32,000 nucleotides of DNA from Aliivibrio fischeri ES114 (GTDB lineage: Bacteria > Pseudomonadota > Gammaproteobacteria > Enterobacterales > Vibrionaceae): the NCBI RefSeq assembly GCF_000011805.1, contig NC_006840.2; one strand, written 5' to 3'. A model generated the notes under the pieces. That model saw nothing but the letters and a program-made list of their open reading frames with translations. It was not told the origin of the DNA and did no database searches. Both the position numbers and the translations under genes were made by a program. How positions within the stretch are numbered: the first letter of the stretch is position 1; every line of letters starts with the position of its first letter. This document shows positions 9,978-20,387 of this stretch, piece after piece.

Positions 9978-11078
9978 ATGACATTGGATCAAATACTGAA
10001 ACAAATGATCACTTTAAAAGCATCGGATATTTACTTAACGGTTGATGCTCCTTGCTTGCTGAGAGTGAATGGTGAACTTCAAGCTTTAGGACATAAACAG
10101 AGTATTGAATCAGTCACCGCTTTGCTTGCTGAGATGATGGATGAAGAGCGCCAAGAAGAGTTTAATGAAAGCTTAGAAGCGAACTTTGCCATTGTGAAAG
10201 AATTTGGTCGCTTTCGTGTGAGTGCTTTTTGGCAGCGAGAGCAACCTGGTGCTGTGATACGTCGTATTGAAACCAAAATCCCATCCATGGAGTCACTAAA
10301 TCTTCCAGAAGTAATGAAAGAATTAGCCGTTACTAAGCGTGGATTAGTATTAGTGGTAGGGGCAACGGGCTCTGGTAAATCAACATCAATGGCTGCGATG
10401 ACGGGGTATCGAAATGACAACCGAAGTGGTCATATCTTAACGGTAGAAGACCCAATTGAGTTTGTGCATCCTCATAATAAATGCATCGTGACTCAGCGTG
10501 AAGTTGGCCTTGATACTGAAAGTTATGAGGTGGCATTAAAAAACTCGTTACGCCAAGCTCCAGATATGATTTTAATTGGTGAGATCCGTAATCGAGAGAC
10601 GATGGAATATGCCATGAGCTTTGCAGAGACAGGGCATCTATGCATGGCAACATTACACGCAAATAACGCAAACCAAGCATTAGAGCGAATTTTGCACCTT
10701 GTTCCTAAAGAGAGTAAAGAGCAGTTTTTGTTTGATTTATCCATGAACTTAAAAGGGGTCATTGCACAGCAGCTAGTTCCGGATATGAATGGTAATGGTC
10801 GTCATGGCGTTTATGAAGTGTTACTAAACACGCCACGCGTTGCAGACTTGATCCGTCGTGGAGATTTGCATGAACTTAAATCGACCATGGCAAAATCACG
10901 TGAGTCGGGTATGCAGACGTTTGATCAGAGTTTATTTGAACTGGTAATGGATAAGAAAATATCAGAAATGGAAGCGCTGCACAGTGCGGATTCGGCTAAT
11001 GATTTACGCCTGATGTTGAAAACAAAAGAGGGGATGCGTTCTCTTCATCTACATTGGATAATGTGTCGATATCGTTAG
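9978..11078 (+). CDS. pilU: PilT/PilU-type twitching motility ATPase PilU (C-terminus possibly frameshifted)
   Basis: 366 aa; LVVGATGSGKSTSMAAMTGYRN, LRQAPDMILIGEIRNRETMEYAMSFAETGHLCMATLHANN; 2 nt downstream of pilT. Confidence 0.93.
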   Translation: MTLDQILKQMITLKASDIYLTVDAPCLLRVNGELQALGHKQSIESVTALLAEMMDEERQEEFNESLEANFAIVKEFGRFRVSAFWQREQPGAVIRRIETKIPSMESLNLPEVMKELAVTKRGLVLVVGATGSGKSTSMAAMTGYRNDNRSGHILTVEDPIEFVHPHNKCIVTQREVGLDTESYEVALKNSLRQAPDMILIGEIRNRETMEYAMSFAETGHLCMATLHANNANQALERILHLVPKESKEQFLFDLSMNLKGVIAQQLVPDMNGNGRHGVYEVLLNTPRVADLIRRGDLHELKSTMAKSRESGMQTFDQSLFELVMDKKISEMEALHSADSANDLRLMLKTKEGMRSLHLHWIMCRYR

Positions 11079-11086
11079 ACTAAAAG

Positions 11087-11214
11087 CGATACGCTTTGCT
11101 AACTAGAACGCTACGCTCTAGAAACTATAAGAGCAGTAATACGTAAATGATTACTGCTCTTAATATCTGCTTTTGATCTTATAGGAGCGAAGCGTTCTAG
11201 TCCCTAGTTTCTAG
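11087..11214. repeat. CTAG-rich structured intergenic element between convergent pilU and ruvX
   Basis: Outer arms CTAGAACGCTACGCTC (11103-11118)/GAGCGAAGCGTTCTAG (11185-11200), 15/16 complementary; inner perfect stem AAGAGCAGTAAT (11129-11140)/ATTACTGCTCTT (11150-11161); five CTAG tetramers. Confidence 0.75.
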
Positions 11215-11217
11215 TTC

Positions 11218-11643
11218 TTAGCCCCACTGATTCTCAAACCAACTTTCTAAAATAACTACAGCAGACTGACAGTCAATATTGCCTTTTGATAGGGCTTTAT
11301 ACCCACCAAATTCGAATAAATCAGCACGAGCCTCAGCCGTTGATAAGCGTTCGTCATGCAATTCAACTTGTTTACCAAAACGACCATGTAGGCGATTAGC
11401 AAATTTCTTTGCTCGTGGCGTAATAGTGTCGAGCTCTTTACCGTGAAGATCGGTTGGCAAACCAACAACGATTAAATCAGGATTCCACTCTTTAATTTGT
11501 TTTTCAATATCATCCCAATTAGGGGTGCCATCTTGAGCTTTAAATGCTTTTAGTGGACTTGCTGTTCCTGTGATTTCTTGTCCAATCGCAGAACCAATAC
11601 TCTTGGTTCCGAAATCAAAGGCCATAATGGTGCGTGAACTCAT
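11218..11643 (-). CDS. ruvX: Putative pre-16S rRNA nuclease / Holliday junction resolvase-like (YqgF)
   Basis: 141 aa; [44 protein letters not shown]. Confidence 0.93.
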   Translation of the reverse strand: MSSRTIMAFDFGTKSIGSAIGQEITGTASPLKAFKAQDGTPNWDDIEKQIKEWNPDLIVVGLPTDLHGKELDTITPRAKKFANRLHGRFGKQVELHDERLSTAEARADLFEFGGYKALSKGNIDCQSAVVILESWFENQWG

Positions 11644-12203
11644 GCGTGTCCAATCTCACTTGATAAATTTGCAGGGTTAATCCCCAGTAGTTGTAATGCT
11701 TTACGCCAACGATCAGGAATAGGAGTATCGAAAATAACGCTTGGATCTGCTTCTAAAGTCAGCCATGTATTCTCCGATAATTCTTTTTCAAGCTGTCCAC
11801 CTTCCCATCCAGAATATCCTAGTGCAACAAGATATTTATATGGCTGGTATTCTGTACCTAATGTAGCAAGAATATCTTTTGAGGTTGTTACTGATAACTC
11901 ATCAGTCACTTGAATGCTTGATAAATAGTTATCTTTATTTGAATGAAGAACAAAACCACGATCATCCGACACCGGCCCACCATTTAATACTGGTTGGCTT
12001 AATGTTTGAGGGAAAATGATAGGTGATGGGTTATCTAGCTCTATTTGGTCTAGCATTCCTTTTAATGAAATCTGTACAGGCTCATTGATACGTAAGCCCA
12101 TGGTTCCATCTGAATCATGTTCACAAATATAAATAACGCTTCGTTGAAAGAACGGATCTTTCATACTAGGCATAGCAACTAAAAAATGATTTTTTAAATT
12201 CAC
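11640..12203 (-). CDS. yqgE: UPF0301 protein YqgE/AlgH family
   Basis: 187 aa; [36 protein letters not shown]; 4-nt overlap with ruvX. Confidence 0.93.
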   Translation of the reverse strand: MNLKNHFLVAMPSMKDPFFQRSVIYICEHDSDGTMGLRINEPVQISLKGMLDQIELDNPSPIIFPQTLSQPVLNGGPVSDDRGFVLHSNKDNYLSSIQVTDELSVTTSKDILATLGTEYQPYKYLVALGYSGWEGGQLEKELSENTWLTLEADPSVIFDTPIPDRWRKALQLLGINPANLSSEIGHA

Positions 12204-12224
12204 AGAGCCTCCCGGAAAGCGAGA

Positions 12225-12279
12225 TTAATACCAATGTAAATACCGCTAAAGATAACGCATAAACCAATTGGTATTAATA
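12225..12279. repeat. Inverted repeat in yqgE-gshB intergenic region
   Basis: ATTAATACCAAT (12225-12236)/ATTGGTATTAAT (12268-12279), 12-bp perfect arms; right arm overlaps the palindrome ACCAATTGGT. Confidence 0.7.
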
Positions 12280-12315
12280 TTGAGGAGTTGCCCCCTCAAT
12301 ACAGTTAGAATGTGA

Positions 12316-13263
12316 TTAAGCGTTAATTCGGCGCTCAATTGCATCCATTAATTTGCCTGTAATCGAAATATCAAAAGCAGCTTCAATTTCCTTAATACAG
12401 GTTGGGCTTGTTACATTAATCTCAGTTAGCTTGTCGCCAATCACGTCGAGTCCTACAAAGATTAGACCCTTTTCTTTCAATGTTGGAGCTACTGCATTAG
12501 CAATTGCCCAATCTGTCTCACTTAATGGACGTGCTTCACCTGTACCACCTGCTGCTAAGTTGCCGCGAGTTTCACCTTTTGCTGGAATTCGAGCTAAACA
12601 GTAAGGCATTGGCTCACCATCAACCACAAGAATACGCTTATCACCGTTACTAATATCAGGGACAAAGGTTTGTGCCATGCAGTAGTTTTGTCCGTGATTG
12701 GTTAGTGTTTCGATGATCACTGATACATTTGGATCGCCTGCTTTTACTCGGAAAATAGAAGCGCCCCCCATACCATCTAGTGGTTTAAGAATTACATCTC
12801 CATGCTCTTCACGGAAAGCTTTAATTTTTTCAGCCTTACGAGTCACTAATGTTGTTGGCGTTAGCTCTGGAAACCAAGCCGTGAATAGTTTCTCGTTACA
12901 ATCACGTAGACTCTGAGGTTTATTAACAATCAGTGCACCTTGGATTTCAGCTCTTTCTAGAATATATGTCGCATAGATGTATTCTGTATCGAAAGGTGGA
13001 TCTTTACGCATTAATACCGCATCAAGATCAGCAAGGTCGATGGTTTGCTCTGATTGGAATTCATACCAACCTGTTGGATCATCTTTTAGCGTAACGATTT
13101 TGGTATCAGCGACCGCTTTGCCTTGAGCTAAATGTAGGTCACTCATTTCCATGTAATGAATTTCCCAACCACGTTTTTGAGCTTCAAGCATCATGGCAAA
13201 GCTAGAGTCTTTTTTAATGTTAATGGATGAAATTGGATCCATTACGATACCGAGTTTGATCAT
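12316..13263 (-). CDS. gshB: Glutathione synthetase
   Basis: MIKLGIVMDPISSINIKKDSSFAMMLEAQKRGWEIHYMEM (ATG at 13263; track start 13374 over-extended into rsmE); GDVILKPLDGMGGASIFRV, FVGLDVIGDKLTEINVTSPTC. Confidence 0.95.
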   Translation of the reverse strand: MIKLGIVMDPISSINIKKDSSFAMMLEAQKRGWEIHYMEMSDLHLAQGKAVADTKIVTLKDDPTGWYEFQSEQTIDLADLDAVLMRKDPPFDTEYIYATYILERAEIQGALIVNKPQSLRDCNEKLFTAWFPELTPTTLVTRKAEKIKAFREEHGDVILKPLDGMGGASIFRVKAGDPNVSVIIETLTNHGQNYCMAQTFVPDISNGDKRILVVDGEPMPYCLARIPAKGETRGNLAAGGTGEARPLSETDWAIANAVAPTLKEKGLIFVGLDVIGDKLTEINVTSPTCIKEIEAAFDISITGKLMDAIERRINA

Positions 13264-13276
13264 TGTGTTTCTCCAG

Positions 13277-14008
13277 TTAGCCAAGATCGCCAAAACGAAC
13301 TTGTAGGGCTGTAATTGCGGTAAGCGCTGCGGTTTCTGTTCGTAGAACTCGAGGGCCAAGCAGCGTTTCTTCAAATTGATATTGTTCTGTCATGCTAATT
13401 TCATCAGACGATAAACCGCCTTCAGGACCAATTAACAAGCGTACATTTGTTACCGGTTCAGGAAGTGTATTGATTGAGTATTTTGCTCGTGGATGAAGGT
13501 TGAGCTTTAACCCATCGTACTCTTCTGCGCACCATTCTTCTAATGACATAATAGGACGAATTTCAGGAACAGTATTACGTCCACATTGCTCACATGCAGC
13601 AATTGCAATTTTTTGCCATTGATCTAATTTCTTTTCAAATCGCTCTTTATTTAATTTAACGCCACAGCGCTCAGAGATCAGTGGTGTAATGATATTCACA
13701 CCCAATTCGACCGATTTTTGAATGGTAAATTCCATTTTATCGCCACGAGAAACAACCTGACCTAAATGTAAGTTAAGTGGCGATTCGCTGCTACGCTCAA
13801 TACGCTCAGTGATTTCCACTTCAACACTCTTTTTTGACGCTGAAGTGATCACGGCTGGAAATTCAGATCCGCTTCCATCAAACAGAAGCACAGATTCACC
13901 TTCTTTCATTCGCATTACACGACCAACGTGATTTGCTGCATCATCACTTAAATTTACTTTTCCTTGTGAAGGAAGAAGCTCTGGGTGGTGGATTCTTGGT
14001 ATTCTCAT
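13277..14008 (-). CDS. rsmE: 16S rRNA (uracil(1498)-N(3))-methyltransferase
   Basis: 243 aa; [36 protein letters not shown]. Confidence 0.95.
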   Translation of the reverse strand: MRIPRIHHPELLPSQGKVNLSDDAANHVGRVMRMKEGESVLLFDGSGSEFPAVITSASKKSVEVEITERIERSSESPLNLHLGQVVSRGDKMEFTIQKSVELGVNIITPLISERCGVKLNKERFEKKLDQWQKIAIAACEQCGRNTVPEIRPIMSLEEWCAEEYDGLKLNLHPRAKYSINTLPEPVTNVRLLIGPEGGLSSDEISMTEQYQFEETLLGPRVLRTETAALTAITALQVRFGDLG

Positions 14009-14081
14009 GGTCTACTTTTCTTTAACTATCTTGTATTTAAGGATGGAGGTTAAAGTATGCTTTTTCAACCTCTAATTATGT

Positions 14082-14786
14082 CTATTTGCGACATGCTTTG
14101 TAGACAAACTGGTTATGGTTGCCTTGAATTTTAGCAATGCGCTTATCGCGTTCACACTCCCATTCAGATACTGGGTATTGCTTGTCCCATGCATTCATTA
14201 GCTGACGTTGTGACTTCGATAAATTGAAACGATACTCTTGATTCATGTATAAATATGTACGAGCAATAGCACCTCTTGATTGTGCTGGTGGCTCAGCGAC
14301 ACGTCCTTTGAAATCCACTTTGAAGGCACACTGACCGTAATATGCGCCTTTATTGCCATTCCATTGTGAGAAACGGAAATTAGATCGGTCACCATTTACT
14401 TCGCCAATTGCTGGAACAAGGTTATGTAAATCAGCTTCCATTAACTTAAATTGCTTATCTTTTCGGGTGCAGTTTTTACGGCCCCCATCTTGCCAACATT
14501 GACGTTGGTGGCCAAATTGCCATGCTGGAACGACGTGCTCCCATTCGATTCGGCTTGCTCGCTTTTCTTGTTTACGCACGTTATAACCACAACTTTGTAA
14601 ATCAGGAATGCCTTTCTTTTTATCTTTCCAAGTTATGTCACAGCCACAATAAAATGAGGTTGGATGATCTAAATAGATTTTGACAGCTTCTTTTTTGGCT
14701 TTTGAAAATGAAGAAGGAGGAGCGGCTAATACATTAAATGCAGAGCCAATAGCGATAATGCTAATAAGTAAGCGGATTAATTTCAT
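14082..14786 (-). CDS. endA: Periplasmic/secreted endonuclease I
   Basis: 234 aa, signal peptide; [70 protein letters not shown]. Confidence 0.94.
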   Translation of the reverse strand: MKLIRLLISIIAIGSAFNVLAAPPSSFSKAKKEAVKIYLDHPTSFYCGCDITWKDKKKGIPDLQSCGYNVRKQEKRASRIEWEHVVPAWQFGHQRQCWQDGGRKNCTRKDKQFKLMEADLHNLVPAIGEVNGDRSNFRFSQWNGNKGAYYGQCAFKVDFKGRVAEPPAQSRGAIARTYLYMNQEYRFNLSKSQRQLMNAWDKQYPVSEWECERDKRIAKIQGNHNQFVYKACRK

Positions 14787-14877
14787 AATAACTACTACTG
14801 ATGATTGTATTAATTCAGTAAGAGTAGCTTATTGTTAAACCGCTTTATAGATAAATTAATTATTAGAAGTCGTTAAT

Positions 14878-15378
14878 TTAACTACAGTTGATTTTGGCTC
14901 GAGACAGTTTTAATGGCGATTGACAGTTTTTACATACATATTGAGTCTGTTTTTTTTGCACTCGATTATGGCGACGTACCGTTAATTCGTGTGTCGAGCA
15001 TTTGCAACGATAAGGAAAGGTTTTTCCTTTAACTGAATCGACACTGAAACTGTGTGTTGTACGAGCGGGGAGGTTGAATACCTGATTCATTACTCCTTGC
15101 CATTCTTTTCCATGAGGGCGCACACGGCCATACAATTTGAATGTGATCAGGTGAGCGATTTCATGAGGGATCACTTCATTAATAAACGTGTGTTGATTTT
15201 CTTCTAATAAAATAGGGTTAATGCGTATTTCCCAACCTTGAAGACGTGCAGTCCCTGCGATTTTGCCACGCTGAGTAAATTTGATTTCTGGCAGAGAAAA
15301 AGGACGATTAAAAAAGGTAGAAGCTTGTTGAATACATTGTTGTGCTTTTGCTATTGATGCTTGTTGAAGTGGGGTCAT
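14878..15378 (-). CDS. sprT: SprT family zinc metalloprotease-like protein
   Basis: 166 aa; VIPHEIAHLITFKLYG HExxH-like motif; C-terminal YRCKCSTHELTVRRH...YVCKNC zinc ribbon. Confidence 0.92.
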   Translation of the reverse strand: MTPLQQASIAKAQQCIQQASTFFNRPFSLPEIKFTQRGKIAGTARLQGWEIRINPILLEENQHTFINEVIPHEIAHLITFKLYGRVRPHGKEWQGVMNQVFNLPARTTHSFSVDSVKGKTFPYRCKCSTHELTVRRHNRVQKKQTQYVCKNCQSPLKLSRAKINCS

Positions 15379-15491
15379 TACGTCTCTTTATTATCGGTTT
15401 TCAAACTTCCGGAAAAGGAAGAACGATTAAATAGACCATTTCAAAGAGGATTAATCAATAGATAGGAAGATATTATTCATGCTGTAAACAT

Positions 15492-15518
15492 AAAAAAGGA
15501 AGCCGAAGCTTCCTTTTT
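15492..15518 (-). terminator. Terminator downstream of metK (near-bidirectional)
   Basis: AAAAAGGAAGC / GCTTCCTTTTT stem with CGAA loop. Confidence 0.75.
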
Positions 15519-15543
15519 AAATTCAGAAATAAGCAAATAAAAC

Positions 15544-16698
15544 TTATTTAATACCAGCAAAATCACGAAGGATTGCGGCTTTATCTGTCGCTTCCCAAGG
15601 GAACTCTTCACGACCGAAGTGACCGTAAGCTGCTGTCTTCTTGTAGATAGGCTGAAGAAGGTTAAGCATTTCTTGTAGGCCGTATGGGCGTAGGTCGAAG
15701 TTTTGACGAACGGCTTCAATGATGATGTCGTGAGATACCTTCTCAGTACCGAATGTTTCAACCATGATAGATGTTGGATCAGCAACACCGATTGCGTATG
15801 AAAGTTGGATTTCACAACGGTCAGCCATGCCAGCTGCTACGATGTTTTTCGCTACGTAACGTGCTGCGTATGCTGCTGAACGGTCAACTTTTGATGGATC
15901 TTTACCAGAGAATGCACCGCCACCGTGACGAGCTGCACCGCCGTATGTATCAACGATAATTTTACGACCAGTAAGACCACAGTCACCCATTGGGCCACCG
16001 ATAACAAAACGACCTGTTGGGTTAATAAAGAAGTTAGTGTCTTTATTTAACCATTCAGCAGGTAGTACTGGCTTGATGATTTCTTCCATTACTGCTTCAC
16101 GAAGATCTGGTGTTGTCACAGAATCACAGTGTTGTGTTGAAAGAACAACTGCATCAATACCAACAATTTTACCTTGGTCGTATTGGAATGTAACTTGAGA
16201 TTTTGCATCTGGACGTAGGAAGTCTAGCTTGCCACTTTTACGTACTTCAGCTTGTTTTTGAACAAGTAGATGAGAGTAGGTAATTGGAGCTGGCATTAAA
16301 ATTGGCGTTTCGTTAGTAGCGTAACCAAACATGATACCTTGGTCACCAGCACCTTGCTCTTTAGGGTCAGCTTTATCAACACCTTGGTTGATGTCTGGAG
16401 ATTGCTTACCAATTGTGTTTAATACGGCACAAGAGTTTGCATCAAAGCCCATGTCTGAATGAACGTAACCGATCTCACGAACGGTTTCACGAGTGATTTC
16501 TTCGATATCAACCCATGCAGAAGTGGTTACTTCACCACCAACCATCACCATGCCAGTTTTTACGTATGTTTCACACGCAACACGCGCTTTTGGATCTTGT
16601 TCTAAGATCGCATCAAGTACTGCATCTGAAATCTGATCTGCAATTTTATCTGGATGACCTTCTGATACTGACTCAGAGGTAAATAGGTGCTTAGCCAT
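15544..16698 (-). CDS. metK: S-adenosylmethionine synthase
   Basis: 384 aa; [67 protein letters not shown]. Confidence 0.98.
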   Translation of the reverse strand: MAKHLFTSESVSEGHPDKIADQISDAVLDAILEQDPKARVACETYVKTGMVMVGGEVTTSAWVDIEEITRETVREIGYVHSDMGFDANSCAVLNTIGKQSPDINQGVDKADPKEQGAGDQGIMFGYATNETPILMPAPITYSHLLVQKQAEVRKSGKLDFLRPDAKSQVTFQYDQGKIVGIDAVVLSTQHCDSVTTPDLREAVMEEIIKPVLPAEWLNKDTNFFINPTGRFVIGGPMGDCGLTGRKIIVDTYGGAARHGGGAFSGKDPSKVDRSAAYAARYVAKNIVAAGMADRCEIQLSYAIGVADPTSIMVETFGTEKVSHDIIIEAVRQNFDLRPYGLQEMLNLLQPIYKKTAAYGHFGREEFPWEATDKAAILRDFAGIK

Positions 16699-16790
16699 AA
16701 GGGAGCTCCACTTCTATAAATAATAAGTTCTAAAAATACCCACAATCTATATAAGTCTATACGTTTAACAGTGTAGGTGTTTTTCCATCT

Positions 16791-16798
16791 AGACGTCT
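16791..16798. promoter_or_regulatory. Candidate MetJ box upstream of metK
   Basis: AGACGTCT, identical to the MetJ 8-bp consensus, about 93 bp upstream of the metK start; no clean adjacent second box seen. Confidence 0.5.
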
Positions 16799-16859
16799 AT
16801 AATAAAGTAAAATTGACTAATTACAACTCATTTAGTTTAAGAAAATAAATATAAGACAT

Positions 16860-16875
16860 AACCAATCGTTTGCGT
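16860..16875. promoter_or_regulatory. Candidate PurR/LacI-family operator in metK-tktA divergent region
   Basis: AACCAATCGTTTGCGT matches PurR consensus ACGCAAACGTTTGCGT at 13 of 16 positions; partial second copy ATCGTTTGCA at 16951-16960. Confidence 0.35.
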
Positions 16876-17062
16876 TTTGCTGTGAGATTTATCGGTATAA
16901 ATCAGGTTTTCTGTCAAAATCGTGAAAAAAAGCGTCTTATTTACTAAGTAATCGTTTGCAGTGCCGATGAGGCTTTGCGACAATACGCACCTGCAAATTT
17001 AGGTTAATCAATAGTGGTTAACTTGCTCAACAATATAGTCCTTCGAATTTTCAGGAGCAGGC

Positions 17063-19057
17063 ATGTCTTCACGTAAACATCTAGCAAATGCAATCCGCGC
17101 TTTAAGCATGGATGGTGTTCAACAAGCAAATTCTGGTCACCCAGGCGCACCTATGGGTATGGCAGATATCGCTGAAGTATTATGGCGTAGCCACCTAAAT
17201 CACAACCCACAAAATCCAGAGTGGGCTGACCGCGACCGTTTCATTCTTTCAAACGGCCATGGCTCTATGCTGATTTATTCTCTGCTTCATCTTTCAGGTT
17301 ATGACCTGTCTATCGAAGACTTAAAGAATTTCCGTCAACTGCATTCTAAAACTCCAGGTCACCCTGAGTACGGTTATGCACCAGGCGTAGAAACAACTAC
17401 GGGTCCATTAGGTCAAGGCATCACTAACGGTGTTGGTATGGCGATGGCTGAAAAAGCATTAGCGGCACAATTTAACCGTGAAGGCCACGATATCGTTGAT
17501 CACAACACATACGTGTTCATGGGTGACGGTTGTCTAATGGAAGGTATCTCTCACGAAGCGTGTTCACTTGCTGGTACATTAGGTCTAGGCAAATTAATCG
17601 CATTTTGGGATGACAACGGTATCTCTATCGATGGTGAAGTTGAAGGTTGGTTCTCTGATGACACGCCTAAACGCTTTGAAGCTTACGGCTGGCACGTAAT
17701 TCCTGCTGTTGATGGTCACGATTCAGACGCTATCAATGCAGCAATTGAAGCGGCTAAAGCTGACCCTCGTCCTTCTTTAATTTGTACTAAAACAGTAATT
17801 GGTTTTGGCTCTCCAAATAAACAAGGTACACACGACTGTCACGGCGCTCCATTAGGTGCTGAAGAAATTGCAGCAACTAAAGCTCAATTAGGTTGGGAAT
17901 ACGGTGCATTTGATATCCCTGCTGACGTATATGCAGGCTGGGATGCAAAAGAAGTTGGTGCTGAAAAAGAAGCAGCTTGGAATGCGAAATTTGACGCATA
18001 CGCAGCAGCACACCCTGAATTAGCAGCTGAATATAAACGCCGCGTAAATGGTGATTTACCTGCGGAGTGGGAAGAAAAAGCAAATACAATCATTGCTGAT
18101 CTTCAAGCAAATCCTGCAAATATCGCTTCTCGTAAAGCATCTCAAAACGCATTAGAAGCGTTTGGTGCTATGCTACCTGAATTCATGGGCGGCTCTGCTG
18201 ACCTTGCACCATCTAACTTAACGATGTGGTCGGGTTCTAAATCTTTAGAAGCAAATGACTTCTCTGGTAACTACATTCACTACGGTGTGCGTGAATTTGG
18301 TATGACAGCAATCATGAATGGTATTGCTTTGCACGGTGGTTTCGTACCATACGGCGCAACGTTCCTAATGTTCATGGAATACGCTCGTAACGCAATGCGT
18401 ATGGCTGCACTAATGAAAGTGCAAAACATTCAAGTTTACACGCATGACTCTATCGGTCTTGGCGAAGATGGTCCAACTCACCAACCAGTTGAGCAAATCG
18501 CTTCTCTACGTCTAACTCCTAACATGAGCACATGGCGTCCATGTGATCAAGTTGAGTCTGCTGTAGCATGGAAATTGGCTATCGAGCGTAAAGATGGTCC
18601 TTCTTCTTTAATCTTCTCTCGTCAAAACCTTGCACAGCAAGAGCGTACACAAGAGCAAGTTGCAGATATCGCTAAAGGTGCATACATCCTTAAGGATTGT
18701 GAGGGCCAACCTGAGTTGATCCTTATTGCAACGGGTTCAGAAGTTGAGCTAGCAGTTGAAGCTGCAGCGCAATTGACAGCAGAAGGTAAAGCGGTACGTG
18801 TTGTTTCAATGCCATCAACCGATGCATTTGATAAGCAAGACGAAGGATACCGTGAAGCAGTATTTCCATCAGCGGTAACTAAACGTATCGCAATTGAAGC
18901 GGGTATTGCTGATTTCTGGTACAAGTATGTTGGTTTTGGTGGCAAGATCATCGGCATGACAACATTTGGTGAGTCAGCGCCTGCTGATGAGCTATTCAAA
19001 ATGTTTGGTTTCACTACTGAAAATGTAGTAAACACGGCGAAAGAACTTTTAGCTTAA
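17063..19057 (+). CDS. tktA: Transketolase
   Basis: 664 aa; [79 protein letters not shown]. Confidence 0.97.
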   Translation: MSSRKHLANAIRALSMDGVQQANSGHPGAPMGMADIAEVLWRSHLNHNPQNPEWADRDRFILSNGHGSMLIYSLLHLSGYDLSIEDLKNFRQLHSKTPGHPEYGYAPGVETTTGPLGQGITNGVGMAMAEKALAAQFNREGHDIVDHNTYVFMGDGCLMEGISHEACSLAGTLGLGKLIAFWDDNGISIDGEVEGWFSDDTPKRFEAYGWHVIPAVDGHDSDAINAAIEAAKADPRPSLICTKTVIGFGSPNKQGTHDCHGAPLGAEEIAATKAQLGWEYGAFDIPADVYAGWDAKEVGAEKEAAWNAKFDAYAAAHPELAAEYKRRVNGDLPAEWEEKANTIIADLQANPANIASRKASQNALEAFGAMLPEFMGGSADLAPSNLTMWSGSKSLEANDFSGNYIHYGVREFGMTAIMNGIALHGGFVPYGATFLMFMEYARNAMRMAALMKVQNIQVYTHDSIGLGEDGPTHQPVEQIASLRLTPNMSTWRPCDQVESAVAWKLAIERKDGPSSLIFSRQNLAQQERTQEQVADIAKGAYILKDCEGQPELILIATGSEVELAVEAAAQLTAEGKAVRVVSMPSTDAFDKQDEGYREAVFPSAVTKRIAIEAGIADFWYKYVGFGGKIIGMTTFGESAPADELFKMFGFTTENVVNTAKELLA

Positions 19058-19104
19058 TTAAAAAACATTAGCTTAATTTAGCGATAAGTAAAAATAAGAT
19101 GAAG

Positions 19105-19137
19105 AGCGAAGTTATTGAAAGGTAACTTCGCTTTTTT
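19105..19137 (+). terminator. Rho-independent terminator after transketolase gene
   Basis: AGCGAAGTTA (19105-19114)/TAACTTCGCT (19123-19132) then T run. Confidence 0.85.
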
Positions 19138-19201
19138 GATCCTTTAAGAAAAAAGCGAAAAGAGTACAATAACCGCAAATGGAAAAAGAGAGTTATGTAT
19201 T

Positions 19202-20221
19202 ATGTTGAGAGTGGCAATAAATGGATTTGGCCGAATTGGTCGTAGTGTACTTCGAGCGTTATACGAGAGTGATAAGCGCGATAAAATAGAAGTGGTGGCT
19301 GTTAATGAATTATCACAGCCTGAAGCGATGGCGCACTTATTTCAATATGATTCAACTCACGGACGCTTTCAGCACAAAGTCACCCACGATCAAGAATACC
19401 CTTATAGTGATGTACCTGACAGCTCTCAAGATAAGGTTCGCATATTACATCAAGCGGATCTTTCCCTTTTACCATGGCAATCGTTAGAGGTTGATTTAGT
19501 TTTGGATTGCACGGGAGTGTACGGTTCTAAATCTGATGGTGAAAAACACATTACTGCTGGAGCTAAGAAGGTTCTATTTTCTCACCCTGGTGGCTCTGAT
19601 TTAGATAACACTATTATTTATGGTGTGAATCACGATACGTTATTACCAGAACATCGAATTGTTTCTAATGGGTCATGTACTACCAATTGCATTATTCCTG
19701 TTATTAAAGCGATTGATGATGCGTTTGGTATCGATTCTGGCACCATTACCACCATCCATTCTTCAATGAATGATCAACAAGTTATTGATGCTTACCATTC
19801 TGATTTACGTCGTACTAGAGCTGCTAGTCAATCTATTATTCCTGTTGATACTAAGTTGCATAAAGGTATTGAAAGAATATTTCCGAAATTTTCTAACAAG
19901 TTTGAAGCGATTTCTGTGCGAGTACCAACGGTAAACGTAACTGCGATGGATTTAAGTGTAACAATTAATACAAATGTGAAAGTTAATGACATAAATCAAA
20001 CCATTGTTAACGCATCTCGGTGTACATTACATAACATTGTTGACTATACTGAAGCGCCGCTTGTTTCTATCGACTTTAATCATGATCCCCACAGCGCCAT
20101 TGTCGATGGATCACAAACAAGGGTGAGTAATGGGCATTTAGTTAAAATGCTAGTTTGGTGCGATAACGAGTGGGGGTTTGCTAATCGGATGCTAGATACC
20201 GCATTAGCAATGAGTAAATAA
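19202..20221 (+). CDS. epd: D-erythrose-4-phosphate dehydrogenase
   Basis: 339 aa; [49 protein letters not shown]; position between tktA and pgk distinguishes it from gapA. Confidence 0.93.
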   Translation: MLRVAINGFGRIGRSVLRALYESDKRDKIEVVAVNELSQPEAMAHLFQYDSTHGRFQHKVTHDQEYPYSDVPDSSQDKVRILHQADLSLLPWQSLEVDLVLDCTGVYGSKSDGEKHITAGAKKVLFSHPGGSDLDNTIIYGVNHDTLLPEHRIVSNGSCTTNCIIPVIKAIDDAFGIDSGTITTIHSSMNDQQVIDAYHSDLRRTRAASQSIIPVDTKLHKGIERIFPKFSNKFEAISVRVPTVNVTAMDLSVTINTNVKVNDINQTIVNASRCTLHNIVDYTEAPLVSIDFNHDPHSAIVDGSQTRVSNGHLVKMLVWCDNEWGFANRMLDTALAMSK

Positions 20222-20387
20222 ACTCAGTAATCAGTAAATTTGTGATGAAAAGATAAAAAAGATGAATTTTTATCTTGAAAAAAGTGAACTGCATCCCTAT
20301 TTACTGAATAATGCAGTAAGAATTTAATCGGTTTGGCAATGACGCCGAGCTTGAAAACTTTTTATTATTTAATTGAGAGGACAAAAC

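Noticed and set aside
10333-10762. ORFs antisense to pilU (115 and 79 aa, and 113 aa at 10079-10420)
   Set aside because: Shadow ORFs over a conserved ATPase gene; no independent evidence.
14082-14786. Endonuclease as part of a restriction or defence system
   Set aside because: It is endonuclease I (EndA/Dns family) in a conserved rsmE-endA-sprT-metK core neighbourhood.
17877-19035. ORFs antisense to the transketolase gene (70, 69, 137 aa)
   Set aside because: Long open antisense frames are expected opposite a codon-biased, highly expressed gene.
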